NCBI GenBank assembly: GCA_040767195.1
Contig: JAXGPA010000006.1
Coordinates: forward strand, 32,001-96,000
Length of the DNA stretch: 64,000 bases
Direction: 5' to 3'
Origin: Syntrophales bacterium
Lineage (GTDB): Bacteria > Desulfobacterota > Syntrophia > Syntrophales > UBA6807
The translations under genes and the position numbers were made by a program. The notes under the pieces were generated by a model. It worked only from the letters and a program-made list of their open reading frames with translations. It ran no database searches and was not told the DNA's origin. How positions within the stretch are numbered: the first letter of the stretch is position 1; the number at the start of each line of letters is the position of its first letter. Positions 54,776 through 64,000 of this stretch are shown one piece after another.

Positions 54776-55860
54776 AAGTCGTCGACAGGTACATACTCAG
54801 GGAATTCACCAAGAAATTCGGACTCGTTCTCGTTTCCATCGTCGGGATTTACATCATCGTGGACTTTTTCGAGAGGATCCGGATGTTTCTCAGCAACGGC
54901 GCCTCGGCGGGGCAGGTGATTTCCTATTTCCTTTACCAGGTCCCCATGATCGTTTCCCTTCTCCTGCCCGTTTCGGTTCTCCTGGGAACGCTCATCACCT
55001 TTTCGACCCTGTCGAAAAACAGCGAGATCGCGGCTCTCAGGGCCGGGGGTGTGAGCCTGTACCGCATCGCCGTCCCCGTCCTTCTCCTGGCCGCGGGGAT
55101 CTCACTGTTCTCCTTTCTGCTCAGCGAGTACGTCACCCCCGTGACAAATCAGCGGGTCAAGCGCCTCGTGTACGTGGAGGTCCAGAAGCGGGGGCAGCAG
55201 CTCACCGTCTTCGGGCGGAACGAGATCTGGTACCGGGGCCGTGACGGCATCTACCACTTCCGGCACTATAACCCCGAAACGGTCACATTGAGGGGAATCA
55301 CCATCCATTATCTCGATCCCGGGGACGGGAGCGTCACACGGCGGGTTGACGCGGAGAGGGCCGCCTGGAACGGGCAGGATTGGATATTCCACAACCTGCT
55401 GGTGACCACCTTCCCCGCCGGGGGCGTTCCCAGCCTGGAAAAAACCGCTGTGATGAAAGCCGATCTACCGGAAAAACCGACGGACTTCCTCGTCGTTCAG
55501 AAGAGCGCCGACGAAATGGGCTACGGGGAACTGAAAAAATACATCGGGAAGCTGCAGTCGGACGGATATGACGCTGCCCGTTACCGGGCCGACCTGTACG
55601 GAAAGACGGCGTTCCCCTTCGTGAGCCTCATCCTGGCCGTCATGGGAATTTCCTTTTCCCTGCTCCGGTCGGAAAGAAGCGGGGGCATCTCGCTCGCCAT
55701 CACGGCGGGGATCCTCATCGGGTTCTCGTACTGGATTGTCTTCGCCGTCACCCTGTCCCTGGGCCGCTCCGGCACCCTTCCCCCGCTGCTCTCGGCCTGG
55801 GCGGCCAATCTCCTCTTCGGGAGCGCCGCGACGATCATGTTCCTGAAAGTGAGAACGTGA
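54772..55860 (+). CDS. lptG: LPS export permease LptG
   Basis: VDRYILRE, LSKNSEIAALRAGGVS, LPPLLSAW. Confidence 0.88.
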   Translation: MKVVDRYILREFTKKFGLVLVSIVGIYIIVDFFERIRMFLSNGASAGQVISYFLYQVPMIVSLLLPVSVLLGTLITFSTLSKNSEIAALRAGGVSLYRIAVPVLLLAAGISLFSFLLSEYVTPVTNQRVKRLVYVEVQKRGQQLTVFGRNEIWYRGRDGIYHFRHYNPETVTLRGITIHYLDPGDGSVTRRVDAERAAWNGQDWIFHNLLVTTFPAGGVPSLEKTAVMKADLPEKPTDFLVVQKSADEMGYGELKKYIGKLQSDGYDAARYRADLYGKTAFPFVSLILAVMGISFSLLRSERSGGISLAITAGILIGFSYWIVFAVTLSLGRSGTLPPLLSAWAANLLFGSAATIMFLKVRT

Positions 55861-55887
55861 TGGCGCTGTAAAAACGGCGCATTCCTT

Positions 55888-57144
55888 TCAGGTTCCCGTC
55901 TCCCAGGAGCGGAGATATTTTTCCTGCTCCGCCGTGAGGGTGTCGATGGAGATGCCCATGGCCGCCAGCTTGAGCCGGGCGATTTCCCGATCGATGGAAG
56001 AGGGGACCGAATAGACCTTCCTGTCCAGGGTCGCGCCTTCCCTGACGAGATACTCCGCCGAAAGGGCCTGGTTGGCGAAACTCATGTCCATGACGCTGGA
56101 GGGGTGCCCTTCGGCGGCAGCCAGGTTCACGAGCCTTCCCTCGCCGAGAAGATAGATCCGCCGGCCGTCGGCCAGGGTGTATTCGCCGATGTGCTCCCGG
56201 ATCGGGCGGCGATTCACCGAGGCCTCCTCGAGACCGGCGATATCGAGCTCCACGTTGAAGTGCCCCGAGTTGGAAACGATGGCCCCGTCCTTCATGTCGA
56301 GGAAGTGCTCCTTGCGGATCACGTTGATGTCTCCCGTGAGGGTGCAGAAAAAATCTCCGATTCGGGAAGCCTCGGCGATGGGCATGACCCGGTAGCCGTC
56401 CATGACGGCTTCCAGGGCCCTCAGGGGATCGATCTCGGTGACCACCACCGAAGCCCCCATGCCGGCGGCCCGCATGGCCAGCCCCCGGGCACACCAGCCG
56501 TAGCCGCACACGACGAAGACGGACCCGGCGATGAGGCGGTTCGTCGCCCGGATGATCCCGTCGATGGTGCTCTGGCCGGTTCCGTAGCGGTTGTCGAAAA
56601 GATGCTTCGTGTCGGCGTCGTTCACAGCGATCATGGGAAACAGGAGAACGCCGTCTTCCGCCATGGCCCGCAGGCGGATCACGCCCGTCGTCGTCTCCTC
56701 CGTACCGCCGACAACCCGTTCCGCCAGGGCCGGGCGGTCCCGGTGGATGGTGGAAACGAGATCGGCCCCGTCATCCATGGTCATGGTGGGGTTCCGGTCG
56801 AGAACGGCGTTGATGTGACTGTAGTACGTTTCCGTGTCTTCTCCCCGGACGGCGAAAACAGGAATCTCCCTGTGGCGGACGAGATAGGCCGCCACGGCGT
56901 CCTGGGTGCTCAGGGGGTTTGAGGCGCACAGGTACACGTCCGCCCCCCCGGCCTTCAGGGTTTCCACGAGGCTGGCCGTTTCCGTGGTCACATGAAGGCA
57001 GGTCCCCAGGACAACCCCTTTCAGGGGTTTTTCCCGTTCGAACCGCCGGCGGATGCTGTTCAGGACAGGCATGCTCTGGTTCGCCCACTCTACCTTGAGG
57101 GCGCCCTCATCGGCCAGCCCCGGATCTTTGATGTGAAACTCCAT
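55888..57144 (-). CDS. ahcY: Adenosylhomocysteinase
   Basis: [49 protein letters not shown]. Confidence 0.97.
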   Translation of the reverse strand: MEFHIKDPGLADEGALKVEWANQSMPVLNSIRRRFEREKPLKGVVLGTCLHVTTETASLVETLKAGGADVYLCASNPLSTQDAVAAYLVRHREIPVFAVRGEDTETYYSHINAVLDRNPTMTMDDGADLVSTIHRDRPALAERVVGGTEETTTGVIRLRAMAEDGVLLFPMIAVNDADTKHLFDNRYGTGQSTIDGIIRATNRLIAGSVFVVCGYGWCARGLAMRAAGMGASVVVTEIDPLRALEAVMDGYRVMPIAEASRIGDFFCTLTGDINVIRKEHFLDMKDGAIVSNSGHFNVELDIAGLEEASVNRRPIREHIGEYTLADGRRIYLLGEGRLVNLAAAEGHPSSVMDMSFANQALSAEYLVREGATLDRKVYSVPSSIDREIARLKLAAMGISIDTLTAEQEKYLRSWETGT

Positions 57145-57247
57145 GGTCTTCCTTTCTTTTCTTTTATTGGTCCGTCACCGGTCGGGCGGTCGTGACGGGG
57201 GGGCGGAGAGCCTTCTTCCCTCCCGGCATTCGGGCGCTATCCCGGAG

Positions 57248-58423
57248 CTACAGGCCCGCTTCCCGTCTCAGGACATCCGCCCGGTCCGCCTTTTCCCAGG
57301 GAAAATCATCAAGGAAAAAGGTGACGGCGATGCGCCTGTACATGTCGCCTTTCAAGAGATCGAAGGACTCGATGAGCCCCTTGGGGGTAAAATCGAAGAC
57401 CCTTTCCACCAGGACCGACAGGTCCTCGTCGGGGAGGACCCCCGTCCCGAAGGTGTGGACGTTCACCGACAGGGGCCGGGCGACGCCGATGGCGTAGGCG
57501 AGCTGAACGGAACATTTCCGGGCCAGGCCGGCGGCCACCACGTTTTTGGCGGCGTAACGGGCGCCGAAGGCGGCGCTGCAGTCAACCTTCTCGGGGGACT
57601 TGTTCACCACGGACCCGCCGCCGAGCTGGGCCCCCGGGTGAGCCCCGTAGAACTGGCACACCAGTTTCCGCCCGGTGACCCCCGAATCGGCGGCGCTGCA
57701 GGAATGGACGGCCTGCCACTCCCCGGTGGGGTTGAACAGGAATTCCGTCCTGTCGTCGACCCAGTCCTTCAGGCAGCCGAAGGCGATTTTCTTCGCCTCT
57801 TCCTCCACGCTCTCCCGGCTGTCCGTCACCATCCGGTAGTCCACGGCGTTGGACATGAGCACCTTGGCGAGCCGTCGGGGCTGTCCCCCGGCATCGTATT
57901 CCACGGTGACCTGCCCCTTGCCGTCGGGGGCGAAAACGGGGTTTCCGCACTTTTCGAAAGTCCGCATGAGGCGGTTCACCAGGACATAGGGAAGGGGCAG
58001 AAGTTCCGGGGTTTCGTCGCAGGCGAAACCGTACATGATCCCCTGGTCCCCCGCCCCGATCTCGCGGTGTTTTCCCAGGTCCGCCCGGGTTCCCATGTTG
58101 ATGTCCGGAGACTGGGGAATGACCGCCGTGAGAACCCCCATGGAATGGCCGTTGAGACCGACGGCGGCGTCGCTGTACCCCAGGGACAGGACGGTCTGCC
58201 GGACGATCTTCTCGATGTCCACGTAAACCCGGGTGGAAATTTCACCCCCGACAAGGCAGAACCCCTTGCCCAGAAAGACTTCGAGGCCGCAGTGGGGCAT
58301 ATTGAAGACATCGAGGCCCAGCTCGGCCTCCTCGTCCAGGATTTGGGCGATGACATGGGCCGCGATGGTGTCGGCCACCACGTCCGGGTGGCCCTGCTTG
58401 ATTCCCTCCGATGAAATCAGCAT
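57248..58423 (-). CDS. metK: S-adenosylmethionine synthetase (divergent)
   Basis: GHPD, QSPDI, GAGDQG, PDGK.QV, GRK, KVD; next to ahcY. Confidence 0.85.
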   Translation of the reverse strand: MLISSEGIKQGHPDVVADTIAAHVIAQILDEEAELGLDVFNMPHCGLEVFLGKGFCLVGGEISTRVYVDIEKIVRQTVLSLGYSDAAVGLNGHSMGVLTAVIPQSPDINMGTRADLGKHREIGAGDQGIMYGFACDETPELLPLPYVLVNRLMRTFEKCGNPVFAPDGKGQVTVEYDAGGQPRRLAKVLMSNAVDYRMVTDSRESVEEEAKKIAFGCLKDWVDDRTEFLFNPTGEWQAVHSCSAADSGVTGRKLVCQFYGAHPGAQLGGGSVVNKSPEKVDCSAAFGARYAAKNVVAAGLARKCSVQLAYAIGVARPLSVNVHTFGTGVLPDEDLSVLVERVFDFTPKGLIESFDLLKGDMYRRIAVTFFLDDFPWEKADRADVLRREAGL

Positions 58424-58439
58424 TCCTCAGCCTCCTCGT

Positions 58440-59084
58440 TTATTCTTTCCGGTTCCCCGTTCCGGGGGCGCTGTTCCCGCTGCCCACCGGCGGCGAGATC
58501 ATCCCCCCCGATATGATGAGCGTGAAGGCGTCCTCCACGGTCATGTTGAGATTGACCACGTCGCTCTCGGGGATCATGAGATAGAAACCCGACGTGGGGT
58601 TCGGCGTCGTGGGAACAAAGAGGTTGAGGACCGTTCCGGTGGTCTTCTTCTGAACCTCGCCCTTGGCGATTCCCGTGACAAAGGCGATACAGTAGATGCC
58701 CGGCCGGGGATACTCGATGAGGACCACCCGCCGGAAGCTCATGCTCCTGTCGCCGAAGAGGGCCTCGATGAACTGTTTCACCGCCTTGTAAATGCTTCGG
58801 ACAAGGGGAATCTTGTCGACGAGCCACTCACCGAGGCCGACGAACTTCTTGCCCAGGTAGCTGCGGGTGACGAGCCCCACGGCGAAGATGAACAGGATGG
58901 TGAAGATGATCCCCAGGCCCGGGATGTGGAAAGGGAGAAAGCGGTCGGGATGAAACCGGGGGGGGATGAACTGGATGAGGCTGTCCATCATGCGGACAGT
59001 GATGAAGAGCACGTAGACGGTCACGCTGATGGGAACGGTGGCGGCGAGGCCTGTGAGAAAAATTTTCTTGAGGGCGTTTTTCAT
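58440..59084 (-). CDS. DUF502 membrane protein
   Basis: IPLVRSIY, IEYPRPG, FVPTTPNPTSGF. Confidence 0.9.
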   Translation of the reverse strand: MKNALKKIFLTGLAATVPISVTVYVLFITVRMMDSLIQFIPPRFHPDRFLPFHIPGLGIIFTILFIFAVGLVTRSYLGKKFVGLGEWLVDKIPLVRSIYKAVKQFIEALFGDRSMSFRRVVLIEYPRPGIYCIAFVTGIAKGEVQKKTTGTVLNLFVPTTPNPTSGFYLMIPESDVVNLNMTVEDAFTLIISGGMISPPVGSGNSAPGTGNRKE

Positions 59085-59173
59085 CTGTCCCGAGCCTGTG
59101 ATATCGGAAAGTGCCGGCAGTCTGGTTCCTTAGCAGAAAGGCCGGGCTTTATCAACGACTCTTTCCACCCATG

Positions 59174-59202
59174 AAAAAAGGCGGTCCGTCAAGCGAACCG
59201 CC
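59174..59202 (-). terminator. Intrinsic terminator after panD
   Basis: GGCGGTTCG-cttga-CGGACCGCC followed by T6. Confidence 0.7.
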
Positions 59203-59246
59203 CCTCGTCATGGGTCAGGTGAAAAGCCGGAAGTGCGTCCGGCCGG

Positions 59247-59606
59247 TCAATCCTTCTTCGTCTTGATCCTGTTTTTCCCGTCGAGGAAAACGCAGCGGGC
59301 CTTCCAGTTCCGGGCCTCCCGGTCTTCCACGTTCACATAGCTGGCGATGATGATCAGGTCCCCCCGCGATCCCTTCCTGGCGGCGGCCCCGTTCAGGCAG
59401 ATGACGCCCGACCCCCGTTCACCCCTGATCACGTAGGTGGAAAAGCGTTCTCCGTTGGAAACGTTGTAAATGTCCACTTTCTCATAGGGTAGAAAATCCG
59501 CCGCCTCCATCAGGTTCTCGTCGATGGCGATGCTGCCCTCGTAATCCAGGCAGGATTCGGTGATCGTCGCCCGATGAAGCTTTGACTTCAACATGATTCT
59601 CTCCAT
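59247..59606 (-). CDS. panD: Aspartate 1-decarboxylase
   Basis: [12 protein letters not shown] cleavage site, [14 protein letters not shown]. Confidence 0.96.
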   Translation of the reverse strand: MERIMLKSKLHRATITESCLDYEGSIAIDENLMEAADFLPYEKVDIYNVSNGERFSTYVIRGERGSGVICLNGAAARKGSRGDLIIIASYVNVEDREARNWKARCVFLDGKNRIKTKKD

Positions 59607-59639
59607 GACTCACCACTCTCCGGTCGCTTGCGCGTTATT

Positions 59640-60500
59640 TTATGGAATATCCAGGGGCTCGCCGAGGACATGGTTGTCGATGAGCCTCGGCAGACCCACG
59701 CGGACCGCCAGGGCGAGAACGGCCTTTCCCTCGATCCGTTCGACGTCCTCCAGCGATTCGGCATCACACAGTTCGGCATAATCGATCCTGGCGTGGGGGT
59801 GAGACCCGATGAACGCGGTCACCCGGTCCAGGATCTTCCCGGCGTCCCGCTCCCCCTTCTCGTACAGGGTCTCGGCCAGGCGCAGGGCCCGGCTGAGGCT
59901 CAAGGCGGATTCCCTCTCCTCGGGCTTCAGATAGGTGTTCCGGGAACTCATGGCGAGCCCGTCGGGCTCCCGCAGGGTGGCCATACCCACGACTTCCAGG
60001 TCCATGTTGAGATCGGAAACCATCCGGCGGATGGTCACGAGCTGCTGGTAATCCTTTCTGCCGAAAACGGTCACGTGGGGCTTGACGATATTGAAAAGCT
60101 TGGCGCAGACCGTCGTCACCCCCCGGAAATGGGTCGGCCGCGACCGGCCGCAGAGATTCCGGGTCACCTTCTCCACATTCACAAAGGTCTGATAGCCCTC
60201 GGGGTACATGGCCTCGTTGGAGGGGTAAAAGACGACGTCCACCCCCACATCCTCGGAGAGCTTGAGATCCCGATCAAGGTCCCTCGGGTATTTTTCGAAA
60301 TCCTCCCCCGGCCCGAACTGGGTGGGGTTCACATAAATGCTCGTGACCAGGCAGTTCCCTCTTTTTCGCCCCTCCCTCATCAGCATGAGATGCCCTTCGT
60401 GGAGATACCCCATGGTGGGAACGAAGGCGATCTTTTTGCCGGCAAGCCTCAGGGATTCCGAGAATTGCTGCATTTTTTCGGGAGATTCGATGATTTTCAT
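59640..60500 (-). CDS. panC: Pantoate--beta-alanine ligase
   Basis: [42 protein letters not shown]; start MKIIES with RBS. Confidence 0.96.
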   Translation of the reverse strand: MKIIESPEKMQQFSESLRLAGKKIAFVPTMGYLHEGHLMLMREGRKRGNCLVTSIYVNPTQFGPGEDFEKYPRDLDRDLKLSEDVGVDVVFYPSNEAMYPEGYQTFVNVEKVTRNLCGRSRPTHFRGVTTVCAKLFNIVKPHVTVFGRKDYQQLVTIRRMVSDLNMDLEVVGMATLREPDGLAMSSRNTYLKPEERESALSLSRALRLAETLYEKGERDAGKILDRVTAFIGSHPHARIDYAELCDAESLEDVERIEGKAVLALAVRVGLPRLIDNHVLGEPLDIP

Positions 60501-60518
60501 GGTCTGCCCGTCCTTTCG

Positions 60519-60612
60519 AAAAAAAAAGCCTCCCCTCTGAGACGGGAGGCTTTCATTCACGGTCATCCGTCGACTCTCTCCGTCCCAGTCCGTAACCGGA
60601 TCCAGGCGGTCC
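60519..60612 (-). ncRNA. pan RNA motif-like attenuator leader with intrinsic terminator (60519-60553)
   Basis: 5' UTR of panC; bulged-A hairpin CCTGG(A)TCCG-gtta-CGGACTGGG, then GCCTCCC...GGGAGGC-T9; TTGACA upstream. Family assignment from recall, not a covariance search. Confidence 0.7.
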
Positions 60613-60678
60613 GAAGCCGAGGTACCAGACTCAACCGCTGTTGTCAAGAAAAATATGGGGATTCGGTTTTCTTTCTCT

Positions 60679-61350
60679 TCACGAATGGGACGTCTTCATG
60701 GCGTCCGACACGGTGTGACCCTGGCTGTCGAGTTTTTCGATCAGCGTTTTCTGATACTGAAGAATGATCCTGACCGTTTCCTCCGGTTCTTTTTTCAGCC
60801 GCTCCAGGCAGATTTTCAGGGCCTCTTCGAACTGACCGGCCCGCCGGAGCAGGTCCACCAGGATCGCCTCCTCCAGCCCGGCGTCTTCGGCAAACCACTG
60901 GCCGTTTTCCCGCGCCTTCATGAAAAGATCGGACGCCTTTTTCCGGGCGGCCGTCGCCCCTTCCTCGAACCCGGCGTCGTCGCAGGCCCAGGCGGCGTGA
61001 ATGGCTCCCCATCCCGCTTTCTGATACTCTTTCTGGCTTTCCTGGAGAAGAGACCAGCACAGAAACTGGTTGGCCAGTCTCGGGTAAGCGGAATTTTCCA
61101 GCGTCTTCCGGTATGCGTCACTTTTCACCACGGCTTCGTAAGCCTTGTCCCCCTCGGACAGGTCCGGGGCGCAGTACCGGCATGACGGACAGCTGTGAAT
61201 CCAGTACGACAGGCTGGAACGTTCCGGTTCCGGCGGCCTGGAATCGAGGTCCGTCGAACCCAGGGAGGCCGTTGAAATAACCCCCGTGTGAACGCTTTCC
61301 GTACCGCAGAGGAAACAGTTCTTCGTCTTTTCTCCAAAGGTTTTCAGCAT
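60679..61350 (-). CDS. DUF2225-like Zn-ribbon/TPR protein
   Basis: CFLC...DLDSRP...[22 protein letters not shown]. Confidence 0.7.
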   Translation of the reverse strand: MLKTFGEKTKNCFLCGTESVHTGVISTASLGSTDLDSRPPEPERSSLSYWIHSCPSCRYCAPDLSEGDKAYEAVVKSDAYRKTLENSAYPRLANQFLCWSLLQESQKEYQKAGWGAIHAAWACDDAGFEEGATAARKKASDLFMKARENGQWFAEDAGLEEAILVDLLRRAGQFEEALKICLERLKKEPEETVRIILQYQKTLIEKLDSQGHTVSDAMKTSHS

Positions 61351-61521
61351 GAATGCCCTCCTTATTGATCTCATCCCTTCCGGGCTTCACCCGCACGGGA
61401 GAGTGCCTTGCCCTGAAACGCCTTGAAATAAGAAAGGGGCTTGAAGAAGAATTCATTAAAGGGGATTCCGTCGAAAAAGCCCGTTTTTTTATAGCGTCCC
61501 CGGAAGGACGGGTCAAGGAAT

Positions 61522-61666
61522 AAAAAAGGGGACAGATTTATTTTTTGTTTGTCATATATTCGGATTAAATAAATCTGTCCCCTTTTTCTCCAACAGGGAA
61601 AATGACCAACAGGATGTCTAAGTATTTGTCATATCGTTGAATTAAATGAATCTGTCCCTTTTTTTT
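61522..61666. repeat. Cluster of GGGGACAGATTTATTT repeats: inverted pair 61522-61587 plus a third copy 61644-61666
   Basis: AAAAAGGGGACAGATTTATTT...AAATAAATCTGTCCCCTTTTT; 39-bp imperfect direct repeat at 61548 and 61625. Confidence 0.8.
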
Positions 61667-64000
61667 ACGAGCTTTTCCAGTTCGACGGCGAAGAAGACGA
61701 TGGATGACAGGAGAAGGGTCATGACGAGTTCCGCGAGGGTCAGGGGGGCCGTCTTGAACACGGGGTTCAGGGCGGGAACGTAAATGGTCGCCATCTGCAG
61801 GAGAAACGTCAGGACAAAGGCGCCCAGAAGGGGCCTGTTCGACCACAGCCCCTGCCTGAAAAGGGACTCAGACTCGGATCGTATGGCCATGACGTGGCCC
61901 ATCTGGCTCAGGCACAGAACGGTGAACACCATGGTCTGCCAGTGGGCGAGACCGTTCTTGAGGGACCAGGCCTGCGTGAACAGGGTGACGAACCCCATGA
62001 GGAGCCCCACCCAGATGATGTGAACACCGAGCCCCCGGGCAAAAATGCTTTCCTGGGGATGCCGGGGCGGCCTTTCCATGACCCCCCTCTCCGCCGGCTC
62101 CGCCGCCAGGGCAAGGCCGGGAAGGCCGTCGGTGACGAGATTGATCCAGAGAATGTGAATGGGAAACAGGGGAATGGGAAGCCCCAGGAGGGGGGCGAGA
62201 AAGAGCGTCCAGATCTCCCCGGAGTTGCTTGTCATGGTGTACTTGATGAATTTGCGGATGTTGTCGAAGATCCGGCGCCCTTCCCTGACGGCCCTGACGA
62301 TGGTGGCGAAATTGTCGTCCAGGAGAACCATGGAGGCGGCTTCCTTCGAAACGTCCGTGCCGGTGATTCCCATGGCCACGCCGATATCGGCCCGTTTCAG
62401 GGCCGGCGCGTCGTTGACGCCGTCTCCCGTCATGGCGACGTACTGCCCCCGCCCCTGGAGGGCCGTCACGATTCGAAGCTTCTGCTCCGGGGCCACCCGG
62501 GCGTAGACCCGGATCCCCTCGACCCGCTCCATGAACGCCTCCTGGGACATCCCGGCCAGTTCCCGGCCCGTCACGACGGCGCCATCACCGTCCTCCAGCA
62601 TCCCCAGGCGGCGGGCAATGGTTTCAGCGGTCACCGGGTGGTCTCCCGTGATCATCACCGCGTGGATGCCCGCCCGCCGGCAGAGGGCCACGGCTTCGGC
62701 GGCCTCCTCGCGGGGCGGGTCCATCATTCCCACCAGGCCGAGAAAGACCAGGTCGTCCTCCACGTTCGCCGGCGACAGGTCACCGGGAACGGCCGTCCAT
62801 CTCCTCATGGCCACGGAAAGCACCCGCAGGCCCTCGGCGGCCATCCGGTCATTGATTCTACGGACCCCGTCGGCATCGAGGTTTTCGAGCCCCCGGGATG
62901 TCCAGACGCGCCGGGCCTTTTCCAGGAGAACGTCGGTGGCCCCCTTCGTGAAGGACACGGAGCCGCCCGGCCACTCGTGAAAGGTGGTCATGCATTTCCT
63001 TTCCGAATCGAAGGGGATTTCCGCGATCCGCCGGTGCCGGGCCTGGAGGTCCTCTTTCAGGTATCCATGGCGCCGGGCCATGTTGTAAAGGGCTGTTTCT
63101 GTCGGGTCCCCCGTGACGTCGCCGCCGGCGACCTCCCGGGCATCGTTGCAGAGCGCCAGGGCCGCCATGAGAACGGCGGCGGGGGTATCCTCCCCCCCGG
63201 GGGCGGGAAGGCGTTCCGCCCGGACCTGTTTACCGTCCACGTAGATTTCCGCCACCGTCATTCGGTTCATGGTGAGGGTTCCCGTTTTGTCGGAGCAGAT
63301 GTAGGTCACGGAACCAAGGGTTTCCACGGCGGGAAGCCTGCGGATGAGGGCGTTGAGACGGACAAGTTTCCGGGCCCCCAGGGCCAGGGCAATGGTAACG
63401 ACGGCGGGAAGCGCCTCGGGAATGGCCGCCACGGCGAGAGAAATCGCGGTGAGCAGCATGAGCATGAAAGGCTCTCCCCGAAGGAGGCCGATGACCAGGA
63501 TAACGGCACAGACGGCGAGGACGGCCAGGGCGAGTTTCCGGCCGAAATGGGCAAGCTTTTTCTGAAGGGGTGTTTCGCCCTCCCCCGCCTCCTGGAGCAT
63601 GGCGGCGATCCTGCCGAACTCCGTGTCCATCCCCGTGGCGACCACGATCCCCTGGCCCCGCCCGGCAGTGACGAACGTCCCCTTGTAGGCCATGTTCCGC
63701 CGGTCTCCCAGGGGCAGGTGCCCCGTTTCCAGGGCGTCGACCCTCTTCTCCACGGGCATGGACTCACCGGTCAGGGCCGCTTCCTCCAGCGACAGCTGCA
63801 CCGCCTCGGCAAGTCTCATGTCGGCCGGTATCACGTTTCCCGCCTCGAAGACAACCCAGTCACCGGGGACGAGATCTTCCGCGGGAACCTGGACAGCCCG
63901 CCCATCCCTCACGACGGTCGCCCCGTGGGCCGCCATTTTTTTCAAGGCCTCCATGGCCCGGTCGGCCCGGTATTCCTGGACAAACCCGATGACCGCGTTG
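61642..64000 (-). CDS. Cation-translocating P-type ATPase, Ca2+-type (5' end outside the window)
   Basis: LTGES, PEALP, DKTGT, GDGVND, ILWINLVTDG; frame stays open to the window edge. Confidence 0.92.
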   Translation of the reverse strand, partial: NAVIGFVQEYRADRAMEALKKMAAHGATVVRDGRAVQVPAEDLVPGDWVVFEAGNVIPADMRLAEAVQLSLEEAALTGESMPVEKRVDALETGHLPLGDRRNMAYKGTFVTAGRGQGIVVATGMDTEFGRIAAMLQEAGEGETPLQKKLAHFGRKLALAVLAVCAVILVIGLLRGEPFMLMLLTAISLAVAAIPEALPAVVTIALALGARKLVRLNALIRRLPAVETLGSVTYICSDKTGTLTMNRMTVAEIYVDGKQVRAERLPAPGGEDTPAAVLMAALALCNDAREVAGGDVTGDPTETALYNMARRHGYLKEDLQARHRRIAEIPFDSERKCMTTFHEWPGGSVSFTKGATDVLLEKARRVWTSRGLENLDADGVRRINDRMAAEGLRVLSVAMRRWTAVPGDLSPANVEDDLVFLGLVGMMDPPREEAAEAVALCRRAGIHAVMITGDHPVTAETIARRLGMLEDGDGAVVTGRELAGMSQEAFMERVEGIRVYARVAPEQKLRIVTALQGRGQYVAMTGDGVNDAPALKRADIGVAMGITGTDVSKEAASMVLLDDNFATIVRAVREGRRIFDNIRKFIKYTMTSNSGEIWTLFLAPLLGLPIPLFPIHILWINLVTDGLPGLALAAEPAERGVMERPPRHPQESIFARGLGVHIIWVGLLMGFVTLFTQAWSLKNGLAHWQTMVFTVLCLSQMGHVMAIRSESESLFRQGLWSNRPLLGAFVLTFLLQMATIYVPALNPVFKTAPLTLAELVMTLLLSSIVFFAVELEKLVKKRDRFI

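Noticed and set aside
57145..57247. SAH/SAM riboswitch between metK and ahcY or upstream of DUF502
   Set aside because: Only a simple CCGTCAC/GTGACGG hairpin; no recognisable conserved riboswitch core.
61548..61663. 39-bp repeat with 38-bp spacer, CRISPR-like dimensions
   Set aside because: Only two imperfect copies, no cas genes, one copy overlaps a CDS; better explained as part of the GGGGACAG repeat family.

Overview
High-GC, gene-dense chromosomal segment, most likely from a deltaproteobacterium (Desulfobacterota, Syntrophales-like; inferred from gene content and the pilin sequence). Most of it is housekeeping: a split Mrp-type cation/H+ antiporter cluster interrupted by two histidine kinases, a response regulator and two USPs; coaBC-udg-nfeD-slipin; an M23 peptidase; TPR-kdsA-kdsC-lptCAB-rpoN-hpf-ptsN-hprK-rapZ; a GT2 and a sigma-54-driven type IV pilin; a GT3 glycogen synthase/phosphorylase fusion with a debranching enzyme; comEC; hisS-aspS; a LysM lipoprotein; a UvrD helicase; adk; lpxH; lptFG; metK-ahcY; panC-panD; DUF2225; and a P-type ATPase. 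I saw no tRNA, rRNA, CRISPR array, integrase or transposase. Most notable: (1) a foreign-looking PI-PLC/Ig-repeat gene bracketed by GGGGTC(A/G)GACCAAG repeats, plus a second GGGGACAGATTTATTT repeat family with copies inside two CDSs, suggesting a non-autonomous repeat-based cassette system; (2) a visible terminator/antiterminator switch (pan-RNA-like) ahead of panC; (3) the signalling module embedded in the mrp cluster; (4) a MetK with broken signature motifs but intact catalytic residues; (5) the glycogen synthase-phosphorylase fusion; (6) a pilin with the 'e-pilin' aromatic pattern. All calls come from reading the sequence; no database searches were run.
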